From the NCBI GenBank assembly GCA_965262455.1, contig CBDHFH010000008.1, forward strand, positions 322,790 through 386,789: a DNA stretch of 64,000 bases. Direction: 5' to 3'. This document shows, one piece after another, positions 20,165-28,431 of this stretch (its first letter is position 1; every line of letters starts with the position of its first letter). The notes under the pieces were generated by a model. That model saw only the letters and a list, made by a program, of their open reading frames with translations, did not search any database and was not told the DNA's origin. The DNA comes from Gammaproteobacteria bacterium (GTDB taxonomy: Bacteria; Pseudomonadota; Gammaproteobacteria; UBA4575). The position numbers and the translations under genes were made by a program.

Positions 20165-21013
20165 TTATGTAAGCCATATTCGGGGCGAACTTGATTCTAC
20201 ATCTAATATAAGTGGTCTTAATGTATGCCACAATGAGGTAAAAAGACGCTTGATTTTTTCTGCATATAAGCTCATTGCTCTAATGATGAATAAGCCATTT
20301 ACATGTGTGCAAGCAGCCACTAAACCTTCATGTTGCTGGATTAATTGTGTCATCTGATGTTTATCAACAATAGCATTATGATCGCTAGAAACAAAGGTGC
20401 CTAATGATTTGTAACCTTGCAGTCCCCAGTCGGCGCTCAGTAGTGGATCATTGCCGGCTAATCTATTTGTTTCTAATAACAGCGGCTGATTGTCGCGCCA
20501 TATTTCAAACTTTTGACAACATCGCCCGGAAGTAAAGAATTCTTTCTGCGCCGGCAAGCCTAAGCATTGGATTTCCCACGCAAAAAATCGGTTATTATTT
20601 TTTAATTGTATGTTTGTTTGAGCATGAGCATTGGCCTGGTTAAAGTAGACTGTTTCTTGCGGCAACCACTCGATAATTGCATGATCTTGTAACGATATCG
20701 TTTGTGCCTGAGTAGCAATTGGCCCGAGGCTGCGATAAAACTTAGTTGCTCCCGGTGTGGTGATTAAAGCGTGGGCATGCTCATCCAGTGATGCAGTTAA
20801 ATGAACACTGTCGCCACCGACAATGCCTCCTGGCGGGTGAATCAAATACACATGACAACAGCCATTTGATTCTGGGTAAAATGGTTTTTGCACCATTAAA
20901 GGGCCCGAATGCTTTTTCTCTGCGAGTAATGTTTTCCCATCTCGGTATGCAAATGATAACTTTAGGTTCGCTTCCCAGCTAGCATTTGCAGAAGGTGTCA
21001 AAGCGGTAACCAT
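20165..21013 (-). CDS. ureD: Urease accessory protein UreD
   Basis: 282 aa with UreD-like sequence (YLIHPPGGIVGGD). It is the first canonical gene of a ureDABCEFG arrangement. Confidence 0.9.
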   Translation of the reverse strand: MVTALTPSANASWEANLKLSFAYRDGKTLLAEKKHSGPLMVQKPFYPESNGCCHVYLIHPPGGIVGGDSVHLTASLDEHAHALITTPGATKFYRSLGPIATQAQTISLQDHAIIEWLPQETVYFNQANAHAQTNIQLKNNNRFFAWEIQCLGLPAQKEFFTSGRCCQKFEIWRDNQPLLLETNRLAGNDPLLSADWGLQGYKSLGTFVSSDHNAIVDKHQMTQLIQQHEGLVAACTHVNGLFIIRAMSLYAEKIKRLFTSLWHTLRPLILDVESSSPRIWLT

Positions 21014-21019
21014 GCGTGA

Positions 21020-21184
21020 TTAATATTTCTTAAATAGACGATACAAAATCACGGTGATAGCAACACCAAGTAAAAAAAATTCTACAGTATGATGTATATG
21101 TGGAGCTGAGGTATGCCCGGAATGTGAAAATACGGGTGAGCTTAACATCAATATACTCACGAAGGTTGCTAATTTAGCACGCAT
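21020..21184 (-). CDS. Unannotated 54-aa His-rich secreted/membrane mini-protein leading the urease operon
   Basis: Hand translation, checked codon by codon: MRAKLATFVSILMLSSPVFSHSGHTSAPHIHHTVEFFLLGVAITVILYRLFKKY. GGAG sits 6 nt upstream of the ATG (plus-strand ctcc at 21191-21194). The stop lies 6 nt before the ureD ATG. The product has a signal-peptide-like N-terminus, 5 His in 12 residues and a C-terminal TM helix. Confidence 0.55.
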   Translation of the reverse strand: MRAKLATFVSILMLSSPVFSHSGHTSAPHIHHTVEFFLLGVAITVILYRLFKKY

Positions 21185-21252
21185 AATTATCTCCAGTCGT
21201 TCAAAGGAAGCTATTATTTCTTATACCGACTCTGAGTAAATCAGAGAGTCTT

Positions 21253-21951
21253 TTATACTTTTAAGTAACGGTCAATTAATTCATCATCCAATTCATGCAT
21301 CTCGCCTTGAGCCACATTCCTGCCTTTTTCTAAAATACAAAAGTTTGAGGCAACACGTCTTGCAAAAGGTAGTTTTTGTTCAACTAATAGAACGGTTAAA
21401 CCCAGTTCATGATTAAGCTTTTTAATAATATCACCAATTTCACGCACAATATTAGGTTGGATGCCTTCGGTAGGTTCATCAAGTATGAGTAACTCAGGTT
21501 CAATCGCCAGCGCGCGCCCAAGCGCTAATTGCTGTTGTTGTCCACCCGATAAATCACCTCCGCGTCGTTGTAGCATTTCTTTTAATACCGGGAATAACTC
21601 AAAGATAATTTTGGGCAATTGTTTTGATTTGTTTGCAACTAAACCTGTATGCAAGTTTTCTTCGACAGTTAACTGAGAAAAAATTTCTCTGCCTTGTGGG
21701 ACATATGCAATTTTGTGGATCGCACGTTTTTCAGCATTTATTTTAGTTAGTTCGATATCTTTGAATTGAATTGATCCATCTGAAGTCGTCTCAAGACCCA
21801 TGATGCATTTAAGTAATGTAGTTTTGCCAACGCCATTACGCCCCATCAGACAAGTGACACTGCCTTGGGGAACATCTAATGACAGATCCCATAACGTGTG
21901 GCTCTCTCTATAGTATTGATTGATGGCAGAGACTGTTAGCATGTTACTCAC
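21253..21951 (-). CDS. urtE: Urea ABC transporter ATP-binding protein UrtE
   Basis: LivF-like ABC ATPase with Walker A GRNGVGKTT and signature LSGGQQQ. Position after urtD supports the call. Confidence 0.92.
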   Translation of the reverse strand: MSNMLTVSAINQYYRESHTLWDLSLDVPQGSVTCLMGRNGVGKTTLLKCIMGLETTSDGSIQFKDIELTKINAEKRAIHKIAYVPQGREIFSQLTVEENLHTGLVANKSKQLPKIIFELFPVLKEMLQRRGGDLSGGQQQQLALGRALAIEPELLILDEPTEGIQPNIVREIGDIIKKLNHELGLTVLLVEQKLPFARRVASNFCILEKGRNVAQGEMHELDDELIDRYLKV

Positions 21952-22687
21952 CTAAATACACTTCTATAACTTTAGGATCAGACTGGATTTTATCCATCGA
22001 TCCTTCTGCGAGTACTGAGCCTTGATGTAACACAGTAACTCGTCTGGCAATTGAACGAATGAATTCCATATCATGCTCCACAACAACAACGGAATGACGC
22101 TCCGCTAATGAGGTTAATAGCTCTGCGGTGCGTTCTGATTCTTGATGAGTCATGCCAGCAACCGGTTCATCAACTAATAATACTTGCGGGTTCTGTGTGA
22201 TGAGCATGCCAATTTCTAACCATTGTTTTTGCCCATGAGATAATTCGCCTGCATGGCGATGTTGCTCGGCTTGTAGGCCAATGACTTCAAGTGATTCGTC
22301 AATGCGATCGCGTTGTTCGCCAGAGAGTTTGTAAAACAGATTCCCAAGTATGTTGCGATTTCCCTCTAAAGCTAGTTCCAAATTTTGAAACACCGTGTGA
22401 TTTTCAAATACAGTGGGTTTTTGAAATTTTCTACCAATGCCTAGGTTGGCAATTTCGGCTTCATCTTTAGTGATTAAATCAATATTGTCACCAAATACGA
22501 CTTCACCTTCATCAGGTTTGGTTTTTCCAGTGATGATATCCATCATGGTCGTTTTGCCAGCACCATTGGCGCCGATGATGCAACGTAATTCATTTTTATC
22601 AATGTATAGACTTAATGCGTTAATTGCCTTGAAGCCATCAAAGCTAACTGAAACATTATTTAAATAAAGTATAGATTCTGGCTTCAT
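21944..22687 (-). CDS. urtD: Urea ABC transporter ATP-binding protein UrtD
   Basis: LivG-like ABC ATPase with Walker A GANGAGKTT and an LSHGQKQ signature variant. Confidence 0.92.
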   Translation of the reverse strand: MKPESILYLNNVSVSFDGFKAINALSLYIDKNELRCIIGANGAGKTTMMDIITGKTKPDEGEVVFGDNIDLITKDEAEIANLGIGRKFQKPTVFENHTVFQNLELALEGNRNILGNLFYKLSGEQRDRIDESLEVIGLQAEQHRHAGELSHGQKQWLEIGMLITQNPQVLLVDEPVAGMTHQESERTAELLTSLAERHSVVVVEHDMEFIRSIARRVTVLHQGSVLAEGSMDKIQSDPKVIEVYLGE

Positions 22688-23832
22688 GATGATTGCTCGG
22701 CATTGGCTTGAGCTTGTTTGTGCGATTTGTTCTTGTTGTTACGAGATGTGATTTGATCATAAATACCGACTAAGCCTTTCGGCATAAAGATGGTAACAAA
22801 CACAAATATGCCGCCGAGGATAAATAGCCATGCTTCGGGTGCCCAGGCAGTAAAAAATGTTTTTAAATAATTTACAACAAACGCCCCTAGCACTGCACCA
22901 TACAAGGTGCCTCTGCCACCAATGGCTACCCAAATTACCAATTCTATAGATCGGATTGGGGCAAACTCGCTTGGATTAATAATGCCAACTTGAGGGACGT
23001 ATAGTGCACCGGCAATGCCAGCCAGTACAGCAGAGACGACAAATATAAATAATTTCACATGTTCATCTCGGTAACCCATAAAGCGCACACGACTCTCCGA
23101 GTCTCGAATGGCCATGACAAGACTACCCAATCGCGATTGTGCTATGTATTTACATACTGCAAAGCCAATCAGTAAGGCAATCGCTGATGAGACGAATAAA
23201 CCACAGCGTGTACTATCATTTTGCAAGTTGAATCCAAGTAGGTCTTTAAAGTCGGTAAGACCATTGTTACCCCCAAAGCCAAAATCGTTTTGAAAGAACG
23301 CTAACATTAGTGCATAGGTCATTGCTTGAGTCATGATTGATAGATATACACCGGTTACACGTGAGCGGAATGCTAACCATCCAAACACAAATGCAAGAAT
23401 GCCCGGTGCTAAAAATATCATGACTAGTGCAAATGCAAACATATCAAAACCATACCAGTACCAAGGCAGTGTGTCCCAGTTCAGGAACACCATGAAATCT
23501 GGCAGCAGGGGATTACCATAAACACCGCGATCGCCGATTTGACGCATTAAATACATTCCCATGGCATAACCACCCAAAGCAAAAAATGCACCATGGCCTA
23601 AACTTAATATCCCCAAGTATCCCCAGACTAAATCGACAGACAGGGCCAGTAAGGCAAAACACAAGTATTTACCGAGTAATGTGACCGTGTAGGTGGATAC
23701 ATGAAATGCCGAATCAGCAGGTGTGAATAAATTTAGCGCGGGTACAATAACGATTGCTATTAGTAAAACAATGGTGAGTATTTTACTGCCAGTATCAGAG
23801 AGTAGTAAGCGCTGTAGGAGTGACTTTTGCAT
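22684..23832 (-). CDS. urtC: Urea ABC transporter permease UrtC
   Basis: LivM-like polytopic permease, 382 aa. Its start overlaps the urtB stop region. Confidence 0.9.
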   Translation of the reverse strand: MQKSLLQRLLLSDTGSKILTIVLLIAIVIVPALNLFTPADSAFHVSTYTVTLLGKYLCFALLALSVDLVWGYLGILSLGHGAFFALGGYAMGMYLMRQIGDRGVYGNPLLPDFMVFLNWDTLPWYWYGFDMFAFALVMIFLAPGILAFVFGWLAFRSRVTGVYLSIMTQAMTYALMLAFFQNDFGFGGNNGLTDFKDLLGFNLQNDSTRCGLFVSSAIALLIGFAVCKYIAQSRLGSLVMAIRDSESRVRFMGYRDEHVKLFIFVVSAVLAGIAGALYVPQVGIINPSEFAPIRSIELVIWVAIGGRGTLYGAVLGAFVVNYLKTFFTAWAPEAWLFILGGIFVFVTIFMPKGLVGIYDQITSRNNKNKSHKQAQANAEQSS

Positions 23833-23836
23833 AGTA

Positions 23837-25510
23837 CTAACTGTCCGCAGAGCGACCCTTCAAGGCAAACATTCCGCGCGGTCGTTTTTGAATGAATAAG
23901 ATAATAAAGACAAGTACTAATATCTTAGCTAACACTGCCCCCGTGAAAGGTTCTAAATATTTATTTGCAATGCCTAATGTCATGGCACCAAATAATGTGC
24001 CCCATAAATTACCAACACCACCAAATACCACCACCATGAATGAATCGATAATATATGATTGACCGAGATTAGGGCCAACATTGGTTAATTGACTTAACGC
24101 AACCCCTGCTATACCGGCGATGCCTGAACCTAAACCAAACGTGAATGCATCCACCCAATCAGTGCGGATACCCATTGCTTTTGCCATGGAACGATTTTGA
24201 GTGACTGCTCTGACTTGCAGGCCAAATTTTGATTTATTTAACAGTAGCATCAAGCCAATCAAAACCATTAGAGCAAATATAATGATATACAAACGATTAT
24301 AAGTGAGTGAAAGTGCGGGGTTGATTTCCAGTGAGCCACTCATCCAGTCAGGCGTAGAAACAGCACGGTTTTGTGGCGAAATAATCGTTCTTACTGCTTG
24401 TTGTAAGATCAAGCTGATTCCAAATGTGGCCAGTAATGTTTCCAACGGGCGACCATATAAAAATCGAATCACACCTCGTTCAATGGCAATGCCTACCAAG
24501 CCTGTGAATATAAATGCAGTGGGTATTGATATTAAGATCGAGTATTCAATGTGATCGGGTAGAAGTTGCTGAATAATATAGGTTGTATAGGCACCTAACA
24601 TCAGCATTTCACCATGCGCCATGTTAATTACACCCATTACGCCAAATGTAATAGCCAGGCCTACAGCAACTAGTAGCAGAACCGATCCGAGGCTGAGGCC
24701 AAAAAATATATTTTCAACCTGTTTATAAATGCCGACCGTTGAATGTATCTTCTCCAGCGCTTGTTGAATGGCATCACGTAACGTTTGTACTTGGACGGAA
24801 TTCGTTTTATTGGCAAGCTTACTATCTAATTCTTGTAATGCAGTGCGTACTTCAGGATATAGAGAACTGTTTAATGAATTAATTGCGCTGAGTTGATCTT
24901 CATAACTTGATGCGTTTAGTTGGTTAATAGAGATAGCTGTTTGTAGTACTTCAATAACGTCGTTATTTTTTTCTACTGTGAGTCTGTTTTTGAGAATTGC
25001 TGCGCTATCGTCATTAATGTTTTTAAACATCTCCACTACAGCAGATTTTCTAACTATGGGGTCATTATCAGCTAGGCTGAGTTCAGCGATCGACTGGTTT
25101 AATACGCGTCTTAATTTATTATTTATGCCGACTTTTTTGATTTTTTTCTTTGCCAGTGTGCCCAGTGATTCACCTGAGATTGCATCGGTTATTCCAGCTT
25201 GCTTGCCATCTATTTCTGCGATGACAATCGTTTTATCATCTTTTTTATAATATATTTTTCCGCCCAGTAGATTCTTAAGTATTAATAACGAGCGCTGGTG
25301 TTGGGACTCTTGGATATTCTTAATGATGTCAGCTTTTTCATCAAACTTTCTCGTTGTTAAAGATGAAACTAGCTGAGTAAAGGTTGGTTGTGTGTCTACA
25401 CTGTTTAATTGATCGTTGTTTGTCTGTTCTGAAGTACTTTCTGAGAATGCTGTTGACGAGAATGTCACACATAGCAAAAATAAAGCTATTGTTTTGAATA
25501 GTAGACGCAT
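23837..25510 (-). CDS. urtB: Urea ABC transporter permease UrtB with a long N-terminal periplasmic extension
   Basis: The C-terminal ~290 aa form a LivH-like permease (GVINMAHGEMLMLGAY). The N-terminal ~265 aa are a signal peptide plus a soluble domain of unknown function. Confidence 0.9.
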   Translation of the reverse strand: MRLLFKTIALFLLCVTFSSTAFSESTSEQTNNDQLNSVDTQPTFTQLVSSLTTRKFDEKADIIKNIQESQHQRSLLILKNLLGGKIYYKKDDKTIVIAEIDGKQAGITDAISGESLGTLAKKKIKKVGINNKLRRVLNQSIAELSLADNDPIVRKSAVVEMFKNINDDSAAILKNRLTVEKNNDVIEVLQTAISINQLNASSYEDQLSAINSLNSSLYPEVRTALQELDSKLANKTNSVQVQTLRDAIQQALEKIHSTVGIYKQVENIFFGLSLGSVLLLVAVGLAITFGVMGVINMAHGEMLMLGAYTTYIIQQLLPDHIEYSILISIPTAFIFTGLVGIAIERGVIRFLYGRPLETLLATFGISLILQQAVRTIISPQNRAVSTPDWMSGSLEINPALSLTYNRLYIIIFALMVLIGLMLLLNKSKFGLQVRAVTQNRSMAKAMGIRTDWVDAFTFGLGSGIAGIAGVALSQLTNVGPNLGQSYIIDSFMVVVFGGVGNLWGTLFGAMTLGIANKYLEPFTGAVLAKILVLVFIILFIQKRPRGMFALKGRSADS

Positions 25511-25527
25511 TGTGGTTTTTATTATAA

Positions 25528-25556
25528 TGAGGCGTCCTGAAAATCAGGACGCCTCA
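25528..25556 (-). promoter_or_regulatory. Intercistronic stem-loop between urtA and urtB
   Basis: Perfect 13-bp inverted repeat TGAGGCGTCCTGA-AAA-TCAGGACGCCTCA, 48 nt after the urtA stop. There is no clean U-tract on the transcribed strand. Confidence 0.6.
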
Positions 25557-25603
25557 AAGTAGATTACGACTAAATTGTTACTAAGACAAGCTATGTAACT
25601 AAT

Positions 25604-26881
25604 TTAGTAGTTTTGACCTGAACACTTTTTAGTTTCTGTGTTGAAGTTTCCACAATTAATGGCAGGATCAGACCAATCTGACACAATTAGTGCGCTTTCA
25701 GGAAGGTAATCAGTCCATGCATCACCTTTTACTTCGCTGTCAGTTTGCCAGACAATTTCAAATTGACCGTCATCTTGAATTTCACCAATTAAGACTGGCT
25801 TAGAAAGATGATGATTAGTGTTCATCAAAGCTGTACCACCAGTTAGGTTAGGTACTTCTAGACCGTACATTGCCGGTCTTACTTTATCAACTTCGGTTGT
25901 GCCAGCTTTCTCTACCGCAGCTGCCCACATCTTAAAGCCGATGTAAGTGGCTTCCATTGGGTCGTTAGTCACACGCTCTTCGTCACCAATAAAGCCATGC
26001 CATGCTTCGATAAATTCATCATTGACATCACTCTCTGCGCTTTGGAAGTAATTCCAGGCTGCCAAGTGACCAACAAGAGGTGCAGTATCGATACCTGAAA
26101 GTTCTTCTTCACCAACAGAGAATGCTACTACAGGAATGTCTTCTGCAGAAATACCCTGGTTGCCTAATTCCTTATAGAAAGGAACATTCGCATCACCGTT
26201 GATAGTAGATACTACCGCAGTTTTCTTGCCAGCCGAGCCGAACTGTTTAATGTCAGAAACAATTGTCTGCCAGTCCGAGTGACCGAAAGGTGTGTAGTTA
26301 ATCATGATGTCTTTTTCACTGACACCTTTCAATTTTAAGTAAGACTCAAGAATTTTGTTGGTTGTACGCGGGTAAACATAGTCTGTTCCTGCTAACACCC
26401 AACGCTCAACGCCGCCGTCCATTAAGTAATCGACCGCAGGTATTGCTTGCTGGTTTGGTGCAGCACCTGTGTAGAAAACGTTTTTAGATGATTCTTCACC
26501 TTCGTATTGCACAGGATAGAAAAGTAGCCCATTGAGTTCTTCCACTACAGGAAGTACTGACTTACGAGATACTGAAGTCCAGCAGCCAAATACCACATCG
26601 ACTTTGTGTACTTCAATGAGTTCACGCATTTTTTCAGCAAATAGTGGCCAGTCTGATGCAGGATCTACGACAACTGCTTCAAGTTTTTTGCCGAGTAAAC
26701 CGCCTGCTTTATTTTGCTCCTCCACCATCATTAATACAGTATCTTTTAATGTGGTTTCACTAATAGCCATTGTGCCTGACAAAGAATGAAGCACACCCAC
26801 TTTTATAGTCTCTGAATATGCGCTAGATGACCATGCGATCATCAAGACACATAATACTGACCACATACTTAGCTTTTTCAT
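25604..26881 (-). CDS. urtA: Urea ABC transporter substrate-binding protein UrtA
   Basis: 425 aa with a signal peptide and a LivJ/amide-urea binding protein fold (KVGVLHSLSGTMAISE). The terminal Cys pair is typical of UrtA. GGAGA RBS present. Confidence 0.93.
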   Translation of the reverse strand: MKKLSMWSVLCVLMIAWSSSAYSETIKVGVLHSLSGTMAISETTLKDTVLMMVEEQNKAGGLLGKKLEAVVVDPASDWPLFAEKMRELIEVHKVDVVFGCWTSVSRKSVLPVVEELNGLLFYPVQYEGEESSKNVFYTGAAPNQQAIPAVDYLMDGGVERWVLAGTDYVYPRTTNKILESYLKLKGVSEKDIMINYTPFGHSDWQTIVSDIKQFGSAGKKTAVVSTINGDANVPFYKELGNQGISAEDIPVVAFSVGEEELSGIDTAPLVGHLAAWNYFQSAESDVNDEFIEAWHGFIGDEERVTNDPMEATYIGFKMWAAAVEKAGTTEVDKVRPAMYGLEVPNLTGGTALMNTNHHLSKPVLIGEIQDDGQFEIVWQTDSEVKGDAWTDYLPESALIVSDWSDPAINCGNFNTETKKCSGQNY

Positions 26882-27410
26882 TTAATTCTCCAGTGATGTT
26901 TAGTCATGATTAGTTCTAGAAAAGGGCTACGTGCTTTGCGATGAAAATTGTGCTTTCTCATTGTGCATAATGCCCTGGCATTGAGCTTTCATGTTCCATG
27001 CCAGAATGCATTGGAATTGATGTGGGATATTAAATATGCTGATAAAGCACTGATATTAAAGGCTAATTATTTGTTTTGTTTGCTGATATTAGAGGCTGAT
27101 AAGAGCGATGTATGCTTAGTTACTGAGCAATTAACGCACCAAATAAAATCATAATTTGACTAAATCGCACCAATAAAGAGCAATTTTTTCGATTACCGCG
27201 CATTAATAATTTAGAAGGAATAGTGTTTTTTCACTTTGTAAGCGGAGATGCACATCTTATTGTACATATGTAAGCCATTGTATTTAAATGATATTGCACT
27301 ATTTGCACAAATAAATAGTTATTTGCACAGCAAAATGATGTTATTTCCCTGTACAAATGGTCATTAAATGCGTAATGTATATGCCAATTACATGTATAAA
27401 GTCAAGGTGA

Positions 27411-28415
27411 ATGTCAATGGAATCACAACTTAGGAATGATGAATACAAAATTGGTGCGGTATCAAAAATTACTGGCATTGGTACGGAAACACTTCGTGCG
27501 TGGGAGCGACGATATCAAGCAGTCGTGCCTAGCCGATCAGAATCTGGAGACAGGGTCTATAGCAGTGAAGATCTAAGCAAACTCTTTTTACTTAAAAATC
27601 TTACTGAAGCTGGCAACTCCATTGGCACAATTGCCCGTTTACCTCTGGACGAACTCAAGACTAAGTGGGAAAAAAGCGTGCAGCTGAGTGAGCTGTCTTC
27701 TTCATCAAATAGTTTCTACTCAAATAATGAGTTGTCCAAAAGTCAAAACTGCAGGGTATTGTTGTTGGGTGAGGATTTTCCACTCAGAGTTCTCGATGGT
27801 ATGTCTGACTTCAATGGCATCGAATTGTTAGGTCATGTAGACACTATTGAAGAATGGAATATCAAGAACCCAGATTCATCGGTACATGTGTTTATCATGG
27901 AGACTCCAACAATTAATGAAGGTACCCGAAAATATGTATCTAAGTTATTAAAAGAATCAGATGTTTGGCATATCATAGTGTTATATGGTTTTGGTGCCCA
28001 AAGCGAAATAAACCAATTGCAAGGGCCTCAAGTCAGTGCAATTCGTTCATCAATTGATGTCTATGAACTCGCAAGACTGTGCATGGACAGGAGTGGAGGA
28101 GACCCTAAAAACCTAGTGGCGGCTAACAATGCAACGGTATATCTGGAAGACTCGATTCCAACCCGACGTTACAGCTCTAAACAATTAGATAGTTTGGCTC
28201 GAATTTCTTCTTCAATTCAGTGCGAGTGTCCTAAACACCTATCAGATTTAATCAAAAGTTTAGTAGCATTTGAAATTTATAGTGCAGAATGCGAAAACAA
28301 AAATGATCGTGATGCTGAATTACATGCATTCTTGCATGCGACAAGTGCACAATCACGCGCATTACTTGAAGACGCGTTGGCGCATGTAATTAAGTTCGAA
28401 AATATTGATATTTAA
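27411..28415 (+). CDS. MerR-family transcriptional regulator with uncharacterised middle and Cys-containing C-terminal domains
   Basis: N-terminal MerR HTH: YKIGAVSKITGIGTETLRAWERRYQAVVPSRSESGDRVYSSEDL. The remaining ~250 aa are not a classical MerR effector domain. The C-terminus carries a CECPKHL...YSAEC motif. Confidence 0.75.
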   Translation: MSMESQLRNDEYKIGAVSKITGIGTETLRAWERRYQAVVPSRSESGDRVYSSEDLSKLFLLKNLTEAGNSIGTIARLPLDELKTKWEKSVQLSELSSSSNSFYSNNELSKSQNCRVLLLGEDFPLRVLDGMSDFNGIELLGHVDTIEEWNIKNPDSSVHVFIMETPTINEGTRKYVSKLLKESDVWHIIVLYGFGAQSEINQLQGPQVSAIRSSIDVYELARLCMDRSGGDPKNLVAANNATVYLEDSIPTRRYSSKQLDSLARISSSIQCECPKHLSDLIKSLVAFEIYSAECENKNDRDAELHAFLHATSAQSRALLEDALAHVIKFENIDI

Positions 28416-28431
28416 ATATGCCGAGCTTGCC

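Noticed and set aside
26882-27100. Guanidine (ykkC) or other riboswitch, or a sigma-54/NtrC promoter, in the urtA leader
   Set aside because: I could not find the conserved ykkC core. I also found no GG-N10-GC element in the correct orientation with a TGC -12 box. Only palindromes are present, and these are reported separately.
26948-27154. 68-aa + strand ORF in the urtA upstream intergenic region
   Set aside because: It has a TTG/ATG-poor context, no RBS and an implausible sequence. It overlaps the palindromes and repeats, which are better explained as regulatory DNA.
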